Source of the DNA: a virus
Taxonomy: Duplodnaviria > Caudoviricetes
Virus record (IMG/VR): IMGVR_UViG_3300036786_000192
Coordinates: 1 to 32,027 of that record
Length of the DNA stretch: 32,027 nt
Direction: 5' to 3' (one strand)
Positions 9,025-18,008 of the stretch are shown here, piece by piece (within the stretch, counting starts at the first letter, position 1; each line of letters starts with the position of its first letter). Both the position numbers and the translations under genes were made by a program. The notes under the pieces are model-generated. The model saw only the letters and a list, made by a program, of their open reading frames with translations. It ran no database searches and was not told the DNA's origin.

Positions 9025-10293
9025 TTGCATGAGGTCGAGATTCCGGGCGCCTTTCGGGGGTTGTTCGAGGCGCATCGCTACAAGGCCTTTTACGGCGGGC
9101 GGGGATCGGCCAAGTCGCATAGCTTTGCGACGGCTTTGGTCATCCTGGCGGCCGCGCGGCCTTTGCGGATCGTTTGCGCGCGGGAGATCCAGAACAGCTT
9201 GCGCGATTCGGTCAAGCAGCTGATCGAGGACAAGATCGCGGCGCTCGGGCTCGACGCGCATTTCGATTGCCAGAGCAAGGTGACCAGGGGCCGCAACGGC
9301 TCGCATTTTTCCTATATCGGCCTGTGGCGGAACCCGGACGCGATCAAGTCGATGGAGGGGGCCGATATCTTCTGGGGGGAGGAGGCTTCGGCTTTCTCCG
9401 AACGCTCGCTTCGGATCGTGCGGCCGACCATGCGCAAGCCGGGATCGGAATTGTGGTTCTCGTGGAACCCGGAGTTCGAGCACGATCCGGTCGACCGCTT
9501 CTTCCGCGGCGGGGCGCCGCCGCCCGACGCTTTGGTGCGCGAGGTGAGCTGGCGCGACAATCCCTGGTTCGCCGGCACGCCGCTCCAGGCCGAGATGGAC
9601 TATGATTATTCCGCCGATCCGGCGCGCGCCGCCCATGTCTGGGGCGGGTCCTATGTCAGCGCGGTCGACGGGGCTTATTATGCCGCGGCGCTCGGCGAGG
9701 CACGGGCGGCGGGGCGGATCGGCCAGGTCGCGCCCGATCCCCTGATGGCCAAGCGCGCCTTCTGGGACTTGGGGGTGAGCGATTCGACCTCGGTCTGGGT
9801 GGCGCAGTTCGTCGGGCGCGAGATCCGGGTCCTGGATTATTGCGAGGGGCAGGGGCAGCCGCTTTCTTATTATTGCGACTGGCTGCGGGCGCGCGGCCAT
9901 GGGTCGGCGCTCTGCGTGCTTCCGCATGACGGGGCGCGGCGGGACAATGTGACCGCTCTGCGCTTCGAGGACCATCTGCGCGAGGCCGGCTTCGCGGTCG
10001 AGACCGTGCCCAACCAGGGCAAGGGCGCTGCGATGCGGCGGATCGAGGCGGCGCGGCGGCTGTTCCCGGCGATCTGGTTCCACGAGGAGACGTGTCGCGA
10101 AGGGCTGAAGGCTTTGGCGGCTTATGCCGAGAAGCGGGACGACAAGAGGAATGTGGGGCTGGGGCCGGACCATAATTGGGCCTCGCATGCGGCCGATGCC
10201 TTCGGGCTGATGTGCATCGCTTATGAGGCGCCGCGGGAGCGGCGGAAGGCGGTGGAGCGGGCGGATTTCGGGGCTGGGGGGTGGATGGGGTGA
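9025..10293 (+). CDS. terL: Terminase large subunit (PBSX family-like)
   Basis: Walker A YGGRGSAKS, CAREIQNS, IKSMEG..IFWGEEA, PTMRKPGSELWFSWNP, nuclease WDLG..D and SHAADAF. TTG start after GGAGG. Confidence 0.93.
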   Translation: MHEVEIPGAFRGLFEAHRYKAFYGGRGSAKSHSFATALVILAAARPLRIVCAREIQNSLRDSVKQLIEDKIAALGLDAHFDCQSKVTRGRNGSHFSYIGLWRNPDAIKSMEGADIFWGEEASAFSERSLRIVRPTMRKPGSELWFSWNPEFEHDPVDRFFRGGAPPPDALVREVSWRDNPWFAGTPLQAEMDYDYSADPARAAHVWGGSYVSAVDGAYYAAALGEARAAGRIGQVAPDPLMAKRAFWDLGVSDSTSVWVAQFVGREIRVLDYCEGQGQPLSYYCDWLRARGHGSALCVLPHDGARRDNVTALRFEDHLREAGFAVETVPNQGKGAAMRRIEAARRLFPAIWFHEETCREGLKALAAYAEKRDDKRNVGLGPDHNWASHAADAFGLMCIAYEAPRERRKAVERADFGAGGWMG

Positions 10294-10301
10294 CCTTCTT
10301 C

Positions 10302-10509
10302 ATTCTCCCTGCGATTTCGCGGGGAGGGGGACCATGCGAAGCATGGTGGAGGGGCCTTGGCACGGCGCATGAAGGGGGCCCCTCCACCACCCTGCGGGTG
10401 GTCCCCCTCCCCTCAGAATCGAGGGGAGGATTTAAGGGCGCCCGCCTCCGCCACCCTGCGGGTGGTCCCCCTCCCCTCGGAATCGAGGGGAGGATTTAAG
10501 GGCGCCCCG
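10302..10509. repeat. REPIN-like cluster: one inverted REP plus two tandem 64-bp REP units
   Basis: Minus-orientation copy about 10302-10356; tandem units 10381-10444 and 10445-10509 differing at very few positions. Confidence 0.85.
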
Positions 10510-10533
10510 CCTTTGAAATGATGGGAGATTGGG

Positions 10534-12609
10534 ATGGGTGAGATTGCTCCTGGCGACGGTTACGACGCCGATGCCGACGACGCGGCCGAAACGCCCGACA
10601 AGATCCTTGCCGCGGCGCGGGAGGATTATCGGCGGGCGCGGGAATATTGGCAGGACAATCAGCGCGAGGCGCAGGCGGACCTGGAATTCGCGCGGCTGGG
10701 ACGGCAATGGCCGGCAGCGGTCGAGGAGCAGCGGCGGCGCGAGCATCGGCCGTGCCTCACCTTCAACAAGATGCCCTCCTTCATCCGCCAGGTCGTCAAC
10801 GATAGCCGGCAGAACAAGCCTTCGATCAAGGTCCACCCGCAGGATTCGGGCGCCGATCCGCAGGTCGCGACCATCTATGACGGGCTGATCCGCAACATCG
10901 AGGCGACCTCCGACGCCGACGTCGCCTACGACACCGCGATCGAGCATGCGGTGGGGCAGGGCTTCGGCTTCTGGCGGGTCAACACCGCTTATGCCTGCGA
11001 CGACGCTTTCGACCAGGATATCGTGATCGAGCGGATCGCCAATCCGTTCACGGTGTACGGCGATCCGCGATCGACGGCGGCGGATTCGTCGGACTGGAAC
11101 ATCGCCTTCGTCATCACGACGATGCCGAAGGACGAGTTCGAGCGGCAGTACCCGGACGCCGAATGCACGAGCTGGGAGTTCGATTTCGCCGACTGCCCGG
11201 ACTGGCTCGACGGCGACGACGTCGTCCTCGCCGAATATTGGACGCGGGAGAAGGCGGCGCACGACATCGTCGCGCTTTCGGACGGATCGATCATCGCGCT
11301 CGAGGAATTGGAGGCCGATCCGCGCCAGTTCGAGGGCGTCGAGGTCGTCGGGCGGCCGCGTACGGTCGAGACGTACAAGGTGACGCAGCGGCTGATGACC
11401 GGCGCCGAGATACTGAAGACGGTCGACTGGGCGGGCAAATATATCCCGATCGTCCCCGTTTATGGCGACGAGGTGATCGACGAGCATGGCAAGCGCCATT
11501 TCCGGTCTTTGATCCGCGACGCCAAGTCGGCGCAGGAGATGCTCAATTACTGGCGGACGACGACGACCGAGCTTGCCGCGCTCGCGCCCAAGGCGCCCTG
11601 GGTGGGCGAGCAGGGGGCGTTCGACGTCGATCCCAATTGGGACGTCGCGAACAGCGCGAGCCTTTCGAAGCTCGAATATCGCAAGGGCTCGCCGATGCCG
11701 CAGCGCCAGCCTTTCGCCGGCGTGCCGGCGGGGGCGCTGCAGGAGGCGCTGAACGCCAATGACGACATGAAGGCGATCATCGGCATTTACGATGCGTCCT
11801 TGGGCGCGCGCAGCAACGAGACGTCGGGCAAGGCGATCATGGCGCGGCAGCGGGAAGGGGACGTTTCGACCTTCCACTTCATCGACAATCTGTCGCGGGC
11901 GATCCGCCATTCGGGGCGGATCCTCCTCGACCTCATTCCCAAGGTCTATTCGACCCAGCGGATGATCCGCGTGCTCGGCGACGATCTGGCGCCGGCCAAT
12001 GCCCAGGTCGCGCCGACCGGGCAGGCGGTGACTCCGGTGGTCGGGCCGCCGCGGGCCGATCCCGCCAATCCGATGCAGCTGATGCCGCCGGCGGTGGTCG
12101 GGCATGTCTACGATCTCGCCGCGGGCAAATACGACCTCACCGTGTCGGCGGGGCCGAGCTACACGTCGCGGCGCGAGGAGGCGAACGACCTCATGATGCA
12201 GATGATGCAGGCGGCGCCGCAGGTCATTCCTTTGATCGCCGACATCTGGGTCGAGCAGCAGGACATGCCGCTTGCCGACCAGCTCGCCGATCGGCTGCGG
12301 CTGATGTTGCCGCCCCAGGCGCAGCAGGGGCCGGGCGGGGCGGGGGGCGGTGTGCCGCCGCAGGTGGCGGCGCAGATGAGCCAGCAGCAGCAGGTCATCC
12401 AGCAGGGCGCCGCGAAGCTCCAGCAGCAGGCGCAGGAGAACCAGGCGATGCAATTGCGGATCGCCCTGCTCGAGACCGAGCTCGCCAACCGCCAGAACGA
12501 GCAGGGCCTCAAGAGCCAGGAGCTGCAGGTCAAGAGCTACGACGCCGAGACGCGGCGGATCGAGGCGATGCGGCCGCAGGTGGTCGGGATGGGGGCGCAG
12601 GCGGGGTAG
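10534..12609 (+). CDS. Portal protein, P22-like
   Basis: ADLEFA..G.QW, RPCLTFNK...IRQVVN..RQN, YIPIVP.YG, N.TSGKAI.ARQ..G, F.DNL, GKYD..V..GPSY.SRR, Q-rich C-terminal coiled coil. Confidence 0.93.
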   Translation: MGEIAPGDGYDADADDAAETPDKILAAAREDYRRAREYWQDNQREAQADLEFARLGRQWPAAVEEQRRREHRPCLTFNKMPSFIRQVVNDSRQNKPSIKVHPQDSGADPQVATIYDGLIRNIEATSDADVAYDTAIEHAVGQGFGFWRVNTAYACDDAFDQDIVIERIANPFTVYGDPRSTAADSSDWNIAFVITTMPKDEFERQYPDAECTSWEFDFADCPDWLDGDDVVLAEYWTREKAAHDIVALSDGSIIALEELEADPRQFEGVEVVGRPRTVETYKVTQRLMTGAEILKTVDWAGKYIPIVPVYGDEVIDEHGKRHFRSLIRDAKSAQEMLNYWRTTTTELAALAPKAPWVGEQGAFDVDPNWDVANSASLSKLEYRKGSPMPQRQPFAGVPAGALQEALNANDDMKAIIGIYDASLGARSNETSGKAIMARQREGDVSTFHFIDNLSRAIRHSGRILLDLIPKVYSTQRMIRVLGDDLAPANAQVAPTGQAVTPVVGPPRADPANPMQLMPPAVVGHVYDLAAGKYDLTVSAGPSYTSRREEANDLMMQMMQAAPQVIPLIADIWVEQQDMPLADQLADRLRLMLPPQAQQGPGGAGGGVPPQVAAQMSQQQQVIQQGAAKLQQQAQENQAMQLRIALLETELANRQNEQGLKSQELQVKSYDAETRRIEAMRPQVVGMGAQAG

Positions 12610-12653
12610 GGGTGGCGACCGGTGTCGCCGCATGTTGTAGCGTCTAAGAAGCG

Positions 12654-12878
12654 CTAGCGGTGGCCCCGCCCGAAGCTGGGCTGTGAATGCCTCACGCCGC
12701 TAGTGACAACGTCATAGCCGCATGGGTGGCAAACCAGGGTATTGGCCCGTCCCACCGGGAGGCTTTCATGCTTCATGATCGATTTCTTGCCGTGCTGATA
12801 GCAATGGGGACATATCCAATGGGGTGGCTCCGACGGCTCCACGCCTTCCTTCAAACGGTAGGCGACAGAGCCTTGCCT
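12654..12878 (-). pseudogene. 5'-truncated Zn-ribbon protein remnant
   Basis: GSVAYRLK....EPPHWICPHCY..GKKSI...LVCHPC (two CxxC pairs); upstream sequence is replaced by the orphan lysozyme-tip fragment on the other strand. Confidence 0.55.
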
Positions 12879-13096
12879 GGGATGCGCTAAACTCCGATCA
12901 GGATGCCGGGTCCATGGCCAGGACGTTCGCCCTGAATTATGAGGGGATGGCCAACAAAACAGACGATCCAAAGCAGCGGGCAGCGCTCGCGGACGTGCTC
13001 AGCACAATTCCCCTCGATCCTACCAAGTCCCCGCGGCGGCCCACTAGCCCGCCACCTGAAATCCAGGCCTATCTCCGGCGACGAGCGGGCCGCTAA
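12875..13096 (+). pseudogene. Orphan C-terminal fragment of the tail-lysozyme protein (paralog of 31000-31239)
   Basis: AWDALNSDQDAGSMARTFALNYEGMANKTDDPKQRAA... aligns without gaps to AWAALHSNQSAGQMAAKVAMDYEGMANKTGDPEKRAA...; 43/71 identities by hand count; catalytic N-terminal part is absent. Confidence 0.85.
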
Positions 13097-13123
13097 ACCG
13101 ACAGTCGGAGAGGGCCCAAAGAC

Positions 13124-13435
13124 TCAGTTGCGGTTCTTCCGGCATGGCAGCCAATAGAACATCGACCTGGGTGCTTCGAATTCATGCGAGCCCCAGCACC
13201 AGCCCATCCGCTCCACGCGTTCGATTAGTCGGTCACGGCGCGCGCAGGTGCGTTTCTTGACCGCAATGTCGTAGGTTCCGCTGCAGATCGGGTCCAGGAC
13301 GGTAATCCGGCGGATGAGGCTTTCAAGCGGCTGCGTGCGCGGCGCTTTGTATTCCGAGATGCAGCATGCGCTCGCCGACGTCGTGATCAGTGTTGCCGCC
13401 AGGAACGCTGCCGCGATCGTTGTCGAAGGGCGCAT
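13124..13435 (-). CDS. Small secreted 6-Cys protein, candidate lysozyme inhibitor/immunity (orphan copy)
   Basis: Signal peptide ending ASA; CCISE..APR, C..TYD.AV.KRTCARRDRL, GWCWGS, YWLPCR shared with 31225-31575; GGGAG RBS. Confidence 0.8.
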   Translation of the reverse strand: MRPSTTIAAAFLAATLITTSASACCISEYKAPRTQPLESLIRRITVLDPICSGTYDIAVKKRTCARRDRLIERVERMGWCWGSHEFEAPRSMFYWLPCRKNRN

Positions 13436-13476
13436 GGACCGTCTCCCAGCCCATTCATACCGGAACGCGATTTTCG

Positions 13477-13491
13477 GAACAAGTGAAGAAC
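13477..13491 (-). promoter_or_regulatory. Alphaproteobacterial LexA (SOS) box overlapping a -35 element
   Basis: GAAC-AAGTGAA-GAAC (GTTC-N7-GTTC on minus); minus strand reads TTGTTC-N17-TATGAA toward the 6-Cys gene. Confidence 0.75.
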
Positions 13492-13509
13492 AGAGTGCTT
13501 ACGCCAAAT

Positions 13510-13615
13510 CGCTCATCCTAACCCAGGGTCGGATCCGGGCGAAGGGTCGTTCACCGCTTTCATCCATCCTTCGATACGCCGTTTCGACAAGCTCAACAGC
13601 TACTCAGGATGAGCG
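13510..13615. repeat. MITE/REP-like palindromic element of a second family
   Basis: Terminal inverted repeats CGCTCATCCT(13510-13519)/AGGATGAGCG(13606-13615) with internal ccttcgata...ttcgacaagctc...ctcaggatg motif. Confidence 0.65.
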
Positions 13616-13719
13616 GGCAGGGGGGCACGGCGAGATCATGAGTTTGCCGCCAACCCCTGCGGGGGAGCGGCTTTACCTGGCCCGTCGTGAGACGCGCCTT
13701 TTCCTGAAAGAGGAGCCCC

Positions 13720-14586
13720 ATGGAGAACGAGACCGCGACCAACCCAAGCGGCGGCGAGGATACGGATTTTTCCACCCTCGCCGGCGATGCGGGAGTCGAG
13801 ACCGAGACGCTCGAACCGACCCTCGATGATTACGGCAATCCGGTCGAACCGGACGACAGCGAGGAAGTCGAGCAGGATGGGCAGAAATTCCGCGTGCCCA
13901 AGGCGCTCAAGGATTCGTTCCTGAGGCAGGCGGACTATACCCGCAAGACGCAGGAAGTGGCGGACATGCGCCGGGCCGTCGAGGCCGAGCGGCAGGTCCT
14001 CCACCAGGCCAGCGACGCGGAGATCGGGACGCTCGCCCAGGTGCGGGCGCTCGACCAGCAGCTTGGCTATTATAACCGCATCGACTGGGACCGCTGGGAG
14101 CAGCAGGATCCGTTCGAGGCCCAGAAGGGCTGGCGGCAGTTCCAGCAGCTCCAGCAGGCGCGGCAGCAGACCGCGGGACATTTTTCGCAGCTCGTACAGC
14201 ACCGGAATTTCGTTGCGCAGCAGGACACTGCCAGGCGCATCGAGGAAGGCCGGGCAGTGCTCGCCCGCGACATCAAGGGATGGGGCCCCGAGCTGGCATC
14301 GGGCCTGCTCGAGACGGGCGCGAGGCAATACGGCCTGCACAGAGCGGAGATCGAGGAGGCTTTCACCGATCCCCGCCTGGTCAAGGTCCTGCACGACGCG
14401 CACCAATATCGCCTCATCCATGGCAAGCAGCAGCAGGCGCAGCGTCATCTCGCCGCGCAGCAGGCCGAACCAGCAGCCCGCCCCGCCGCCTCGCGCGCGC
14501 CCGGCCAGGGACTGGACGATCGGCTGAGCGCGGAGGAATGGGCGCGGCGCCGCGACGAGCAGGTGCGCAAGCGCCGGGCTCGATAA
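13720..14586 (+). CDS. Capsid scaffolding protein
   Basis: Acidic N-terminus, LRQADYTRKTQE.A motif, coiled-coil body; between portal and coat; GAGGAG RBS. Confidence 0.82.
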   Translation: MENETATNPSGGEDTDFSTLAGDAGVETETLEPTLDDYGNPVEPDDSEEVEQDGQKFRVPKALKDSFLRQADYTRKTQEVADMRRAVEAERQVLHQASDAEIGTLAQVRALDQQLGYYNRIDWDRWEQQDPFEAQKGWRQFQQLQQARQQTAGHFSQLVQHRNFVAQQDTARRIEEGRAVLARDIKGWGPELASGLLETGARQYGLHRAEIEEAFTDPRLVKVLHDAHQYRLIHGKQQQAQRHLAAQQAEPAARPAASRAPGQGLDDRLSAEEWARRRDEQVRKRRAR

Positions 14587-14687
14587 CAGGCAGGACATCC
14601 GACCGTCGCGCCTCGACTCCTGCCCCTGGTGGGCAGGGGCTGAGGTGGGATGCCGGACCTGGTCCGGCGCGCGGCTTTGCCGCGCTA

Positions 14688-14735
14688 CCCCTCATCCGGC
14701 TCTTCGAGCCACCTTCTCCCACAAGGGGAGAAGGG
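14688..14735 (+). repeat. REP-like element
   Basis: ccctcatcc-GGCTCttcGAGCC-accttctcccacaaggggagaaggg. Confidence 0.7.
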
Positions 14736-14834
14736 AGATTGAAGCCGAACGGGCCACGGAACGTCCTTCCTTCCTTTCTTCAACCCACACCCGCGCCGTG
14801 AGGCGCCGGCCTTCCCACAGATGGATTTTTCACC

Positions 14835-16031
14835 ATGGCAAACAGCATTCTCACGCCCACCGCAGTGACCCGCGAGGCGCTGCGCATCCTCCACCAGAAG
14901 CTCAATTTCGTGGGCAATATCGTCCGCGAATATGATGACAGCTTCGCCAAGAAGGGCGCCCGGATCGGCGACACGCTCAAGATCCGGCTGCCCAACCAAT
15001 ATGTCGTGCGCACCGGCGCGGTGCTGGCGACGCAGGATACGAACGAGACCAGCGTGTCGCTGACCGTCGGCACCCAGAAGGGCGTCGACCTCAACTTCAC
15101 CTCGGTCGACCTCACCTTGTCGCTGGACGATTTCTCCGACCGCATCCTGCAGCCGGCGATGACCGTCCTCGCCGCGAACATCGAGGCCGACGCGCTTTCG
15201 ATGTACAAGGACGTCGCCAACAGCGTGTGGAACGGCGGATCGGCGGCGACGCTCGCCAAGGTGCTGCAGGGGCGCAAGCTCCTCCAGGATCATTTGACGC
15301 CGCTCAACGAGCGCACGGCCTTGCTCAACACGCAGGACAATGTCGACATCGTCACCGACGTCAAAGGGCTGTTCAACGCGCAGGACACGATCTCGAAGCA
15401 ATATAAGGAAGGCTATGTCGGCCGGACCGCGGGCTTCGATTTCGCGGAGAATACGTTGATCCCGGCCCATGCCCGCGGCGCCGGCAACACCGCCTATACG
15501 ACCAACACCACCGGCCTTGCGACCGACGGCACCGAATATGCCGCCATCACCGTCGCGACCGGCACCGGCACGCTGAAGAAGGGCGACGTCATCACCATCG
15601 CCGGCATCGACCGCGCGCATCCGGAATCGAAGGCGGACCAGGGCGCTTTGCGCCAGTTCGTCGTCGCCGCCGATTATGCGGGCGGGGCCGGTTCGGTTTC
15701 GATCTCGCCGAGCATCTTCCTCGGCGGGCCGAAGCAGAATTGCGTCGCCGCGACGACCTCGGCGACGGCGGCGGTGGCAATCGCCGGCACCGCCTCGACC
15801 GCGGTCGGCACCTCGCTCATGTTCCAGAAGGAAGCGTTCGCCTTCGCGACCGCCGACCTGGTCATGCCGCAGGGCGTGGACTTCGCGTCGCGCCAGGTGC
15901 TCGACGGGGTGTCGATGCGGATCGTCCGCGCATACGACATCAACAACGACAAGTTCCCGTGCCGGATCGACGTCCTCTACGGGTACAAGACGCTGCGGGC
16001 CTCTCTGGCCTGCCGGCTGCACAACAACTGA
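14835..16031 (+). CDS. Major capsid protein, P22 coat family
   Basis: MANSILTP..VTREAL..L...L.F, IGDTLKIRLP, R.L.PA...LA..I, CRIDVLYG C-terminal motif. Confidence 0.93.
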   Translation: MANSILTPTAVTREALRILHQKLNFVGNIVREYDDSFAKKGARIGDTLKIRLPNQYVVRTGAVLATQDTNETSVSLTVGTQKGVDLNFTSVDLTLSLDDFSDRILQPAMTVLAANIEADALSMYKDVANSVWNGGSAATLAKVLQGRKLLQDHLTPLNERTALLNTQDNVDIVTDVKGLFNAQDTISKQYKEGYVGRTAGFDFAENTLIPAHARGAGNTAYTTNTTGLATDGTEYAAITVATGTGTLKKGDVITIAGIDRAHPESKADQGALRQFVVAADYAGGAGSVSISPSIFLGGPKQNCVAATTSATAAVAIAGTASTAVGTSLMFQKEAFAFATADLVMPQGVDFASRQVLDGVSMRIVRAYDINNDKFPCRIDVLYGYKTLRASLACRLHNN

Positions 16032-16036
16032 CCCTG

Positions 16037-16072
16037 AAGGGGAGGGGGCGTTCGCGCTTCCTCCCCTTTCTT
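16037..16072 (+). terminator. Rho-independent terminator after coat gene
   Basis: aaggggagggggcg-TTCG-cgcttcctcccctt stem-loop followed by a pyrimidine tail. Confidence 0.65.
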
Positions 16073-16093
16073 CCTGCGAATTGGAGGGCGGAC

Positions 16094-16735
16094 ATGGCGA
16101 CCCTGACCCAGCTTTATGCCCGCATCATCCTCGACACGAACCGCGACGACCTGAATGCGGGCGGCGAGCTCGAGCAGGCCAAGATCGATGCGGTGGCCGA
16201 CGCGATCGAGACCTGGGCCGACGAGCTTTTCTGGTTCAACCGCACCACCGGTGTCGTCACCACCGTGCCGAACATCGCCACCGCGGCGATACCGGCGGGG
16301 ATGCGATCGGCGACGATAATCTCCTACCACGCCGCCGCCCTGCGCAAGGTGCCGGTCGAGAATCTGGAGCGAAGCTTCGATCCGGCCAATATCGTCAAGG
16401 GCCAGCCGACCGAGTGGGCGGCCTATCTTGACGAGCTTTCCTTCTATCCGACGCCGGACGCGGCCTATGCGCTCGTCGTCTACGGCACCGCCGATCTTGG
16501 CGTTCCCGCGACGTCCAACGCCTGGACCGTCGAGGGCTATCGCCTGATCCTCGCCACCGCCAAGAAGATCCTGTGCCGCGGCTCGCTGCGCGATCCCGAC
16601 GGCCTCGCCCTCGCCCGCGACGAGGAGCAGGAGGCGCTCGACAAATTGCGGCGCGAGACCCGCCGACGCGCCGGCGCGCCGCGGTCGATCGAGCTGCCGG
16701 TGAATCCGCCGGCGTTCAACATCGTGACCGGGTGA
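16094..16735 (+). CDS. Head-tail adaptor / tail accessory protein
   Basis: ATG 16094 after GGAGGG; FWFN, G.P..W, L.FYPTPD.AY, SNAWT.EG..LI motifs; position after coat. Confidence 0.7.
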   Translation: MATLTQLYARIILDTNRDDLNAGGELEQAKIDAVADAIETWADELFWFNRTTGVVTTVPNIATAAIPAGMRSATIISYHAAALRKVPVENLERSFDPANIVKGQPTEWAAYLDELSFYPTPDAAYALVVYGTADLGVPATSNAWTVEGYRLILATAKKILCRGSLRDPDGLALARDEEQEALDKLRRETRRRAGAPRSIELPVNPPAFNIVTG

Positions 16736-16745
16736 GGCGCGGGCG

Positions 16746-17615
16746 ATGAAGCTGTTTCGCCCGTCCGAGGGCCCGGTCTGGCTGCCGCGCTTCGGGGATT
16801 CGATCCTTTCCGGCTTCAAGTCGGTGATGAGCGCGCCCTTCCGTCCGTGGCGGGCGGCGACGGCCGACCTTCCCGCCGCTTCGGATTATGAAGGCGGGAT
16901 CGTCTGGAATACCGACGATAAGCAGATCGGCTATTCGGACGGCACGGCCTGGCGGGAGCTGGTGCGGGCGGGGGCGGACACTGCTTACGCCTTGCGGGCG
17001 GACAATCTGTCGGACCTGGCCTCTGCTTCGACGGCGCGGACCAATCTCGGCCTCGGTACCGCCGCGACGCAGAATACAGGCACGTCGGGGGCGACATTGC
17101 CCTTGCTCAGCACCGCCAATGCCTGGACGACCGACCAGAATTTCGCCGGCCTGGTCAAGGCCAATGGCGGCGGGATCGCCTTTCCCGCGACGCAGGTCGC
17201 CTCTTCGGATCCGAACACGCTCGACGATTATGAAGAAGGCGTCTGGACGCCGGGCGTGGCGTTTGGAGGGGTTTCGACTGGAATCACCTATAGCGTTCAA
17301 GCCGGCAAATATACGAAGATCGGCAGGCTGGTCTTCATCGATATCAGCGTCATTCTGACCTCGAAGGGAAGCGCGACTGGATCGGCTCAAATCACGGGCC
17401 TTCCTTTCCCGATCGGATCGAGCACGGCGTTCAGCAATATGCCGGCCTATGGCACCAGCCTCGCCTCCACGGTGACGAATCTGTTCTTTTTCGCCTCTCC
17501 CGGAGCCTCCGCTTTGACCGCGCTCAATTTCTCGTCGGGTGCATTGGCCGCGCTGACCGACGCCAGCTTTACCAACACCACCGTCGTACGCGTCAACGGC
17601 GCCTATTCCGCCTGA
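16746..17615 (+). CDS. Tail fibre-like virion protein
   Basis: NLSDLASASTARTNLGLG repeat motif, NTLDDYEEG.WTP and G.YTKIGRLV fibre-tip motifs. Confidence 0.72.
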   Translation: MKLFRPSEGPVWLPRFGDSILSGFKSVMSAPFRPWRAATADLPAASDYEGGIVWNTDDKQIGYSDGTAWRELVRAGADTAYALRADNLSDLASASTARTNLGLGTAATQNTGTSGATLPLLSTANAWTTDQNFAGLVKANGGGIAFPATQVASSDPNTLDDYEEGVWTPGVAFGGVSTGITYSVQAGKYTKIGRLVFIDISVILTSKGSATGSAQITGLPFPIGSSTAFSNMPAYGTSLASTVTNLFFFASPGASALTALNFSSGALAALTDASFTNTTVVRVNGAYSA

Positions 17616-17642
17616 CGATGCCGTGAAGAGAGAGGAACCAGC

Positions 17643-18008
17643 ATGCAGCGTTACGATCCCAATGCCGCCCATGGCGCGGTGTTCAGCCTGTGCCCGGGCA
17701 CCGAATATGCGACGATCGCGGCCGCGCAGACCGACCAGGTGCTTGCGGGCTCGGAGAGCGGCGACGGCGTCGGCGCGGTCGGCGACTATCTTTCGCACCT
17801 CGTCATCGTGCCGGCGGCCGCGGCGTGCGGCGCGGTTTCGGTCAAGGACGGGAGCAATGCGATCACAATCTTCGCCGGCGGCGGCACCGTCGCCTTGCCG
17901 ACGCTCGCGCCGATCACGATCTTCCTCGGCCTTCGCAGCAAGTCCGGCTCCTGGAAGGTGACGACCGGCGCCAGCGTCTCCGTGATCGCCGCCGGGGCGT
18001 TCAGCTGA
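17643..18008 (+). CDS. Small beta-rich virion protein (possible spike base)
   Basis: GAGG RBS; 121 aa, alternating beta pattern; stop overlaps next start (TGATG). Confidence 0.6.
   Translation: MQRYDPNAAHGAVFSLCPGTEYATIAAAQTDQVLAGSESGDGVGAVGDYLSHLVIVPAAAACGAVSVKDGSNAITIFAGGGTVALPTLAPITIFLGLRSKSGSWKVTTGASVSVIAAGAFS

Noticed and set aside
10381-10509. Tandem 64-bp repeats as a CRISPR array
   Set aside because: Only two units, no unique spacers, no cas genes; sequence belongs to the REP family seen elsewhere in the window.
10432-12633. Long antisense ORFs (733 aa here; also 25938-28565, 4184-5962, 8509-10188, 23288-24727)
   Set aside because: Shadow frames of GC-rich genes; the opposite strand carries recognisable protein motifs.
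14747-14762. GAAC..GAAC upstream of the coat gene as a LexA box
   Set aside because: Spacer is 8 nt, not 7. A similar pair at 3142-3159 has a 10-nt spacer.
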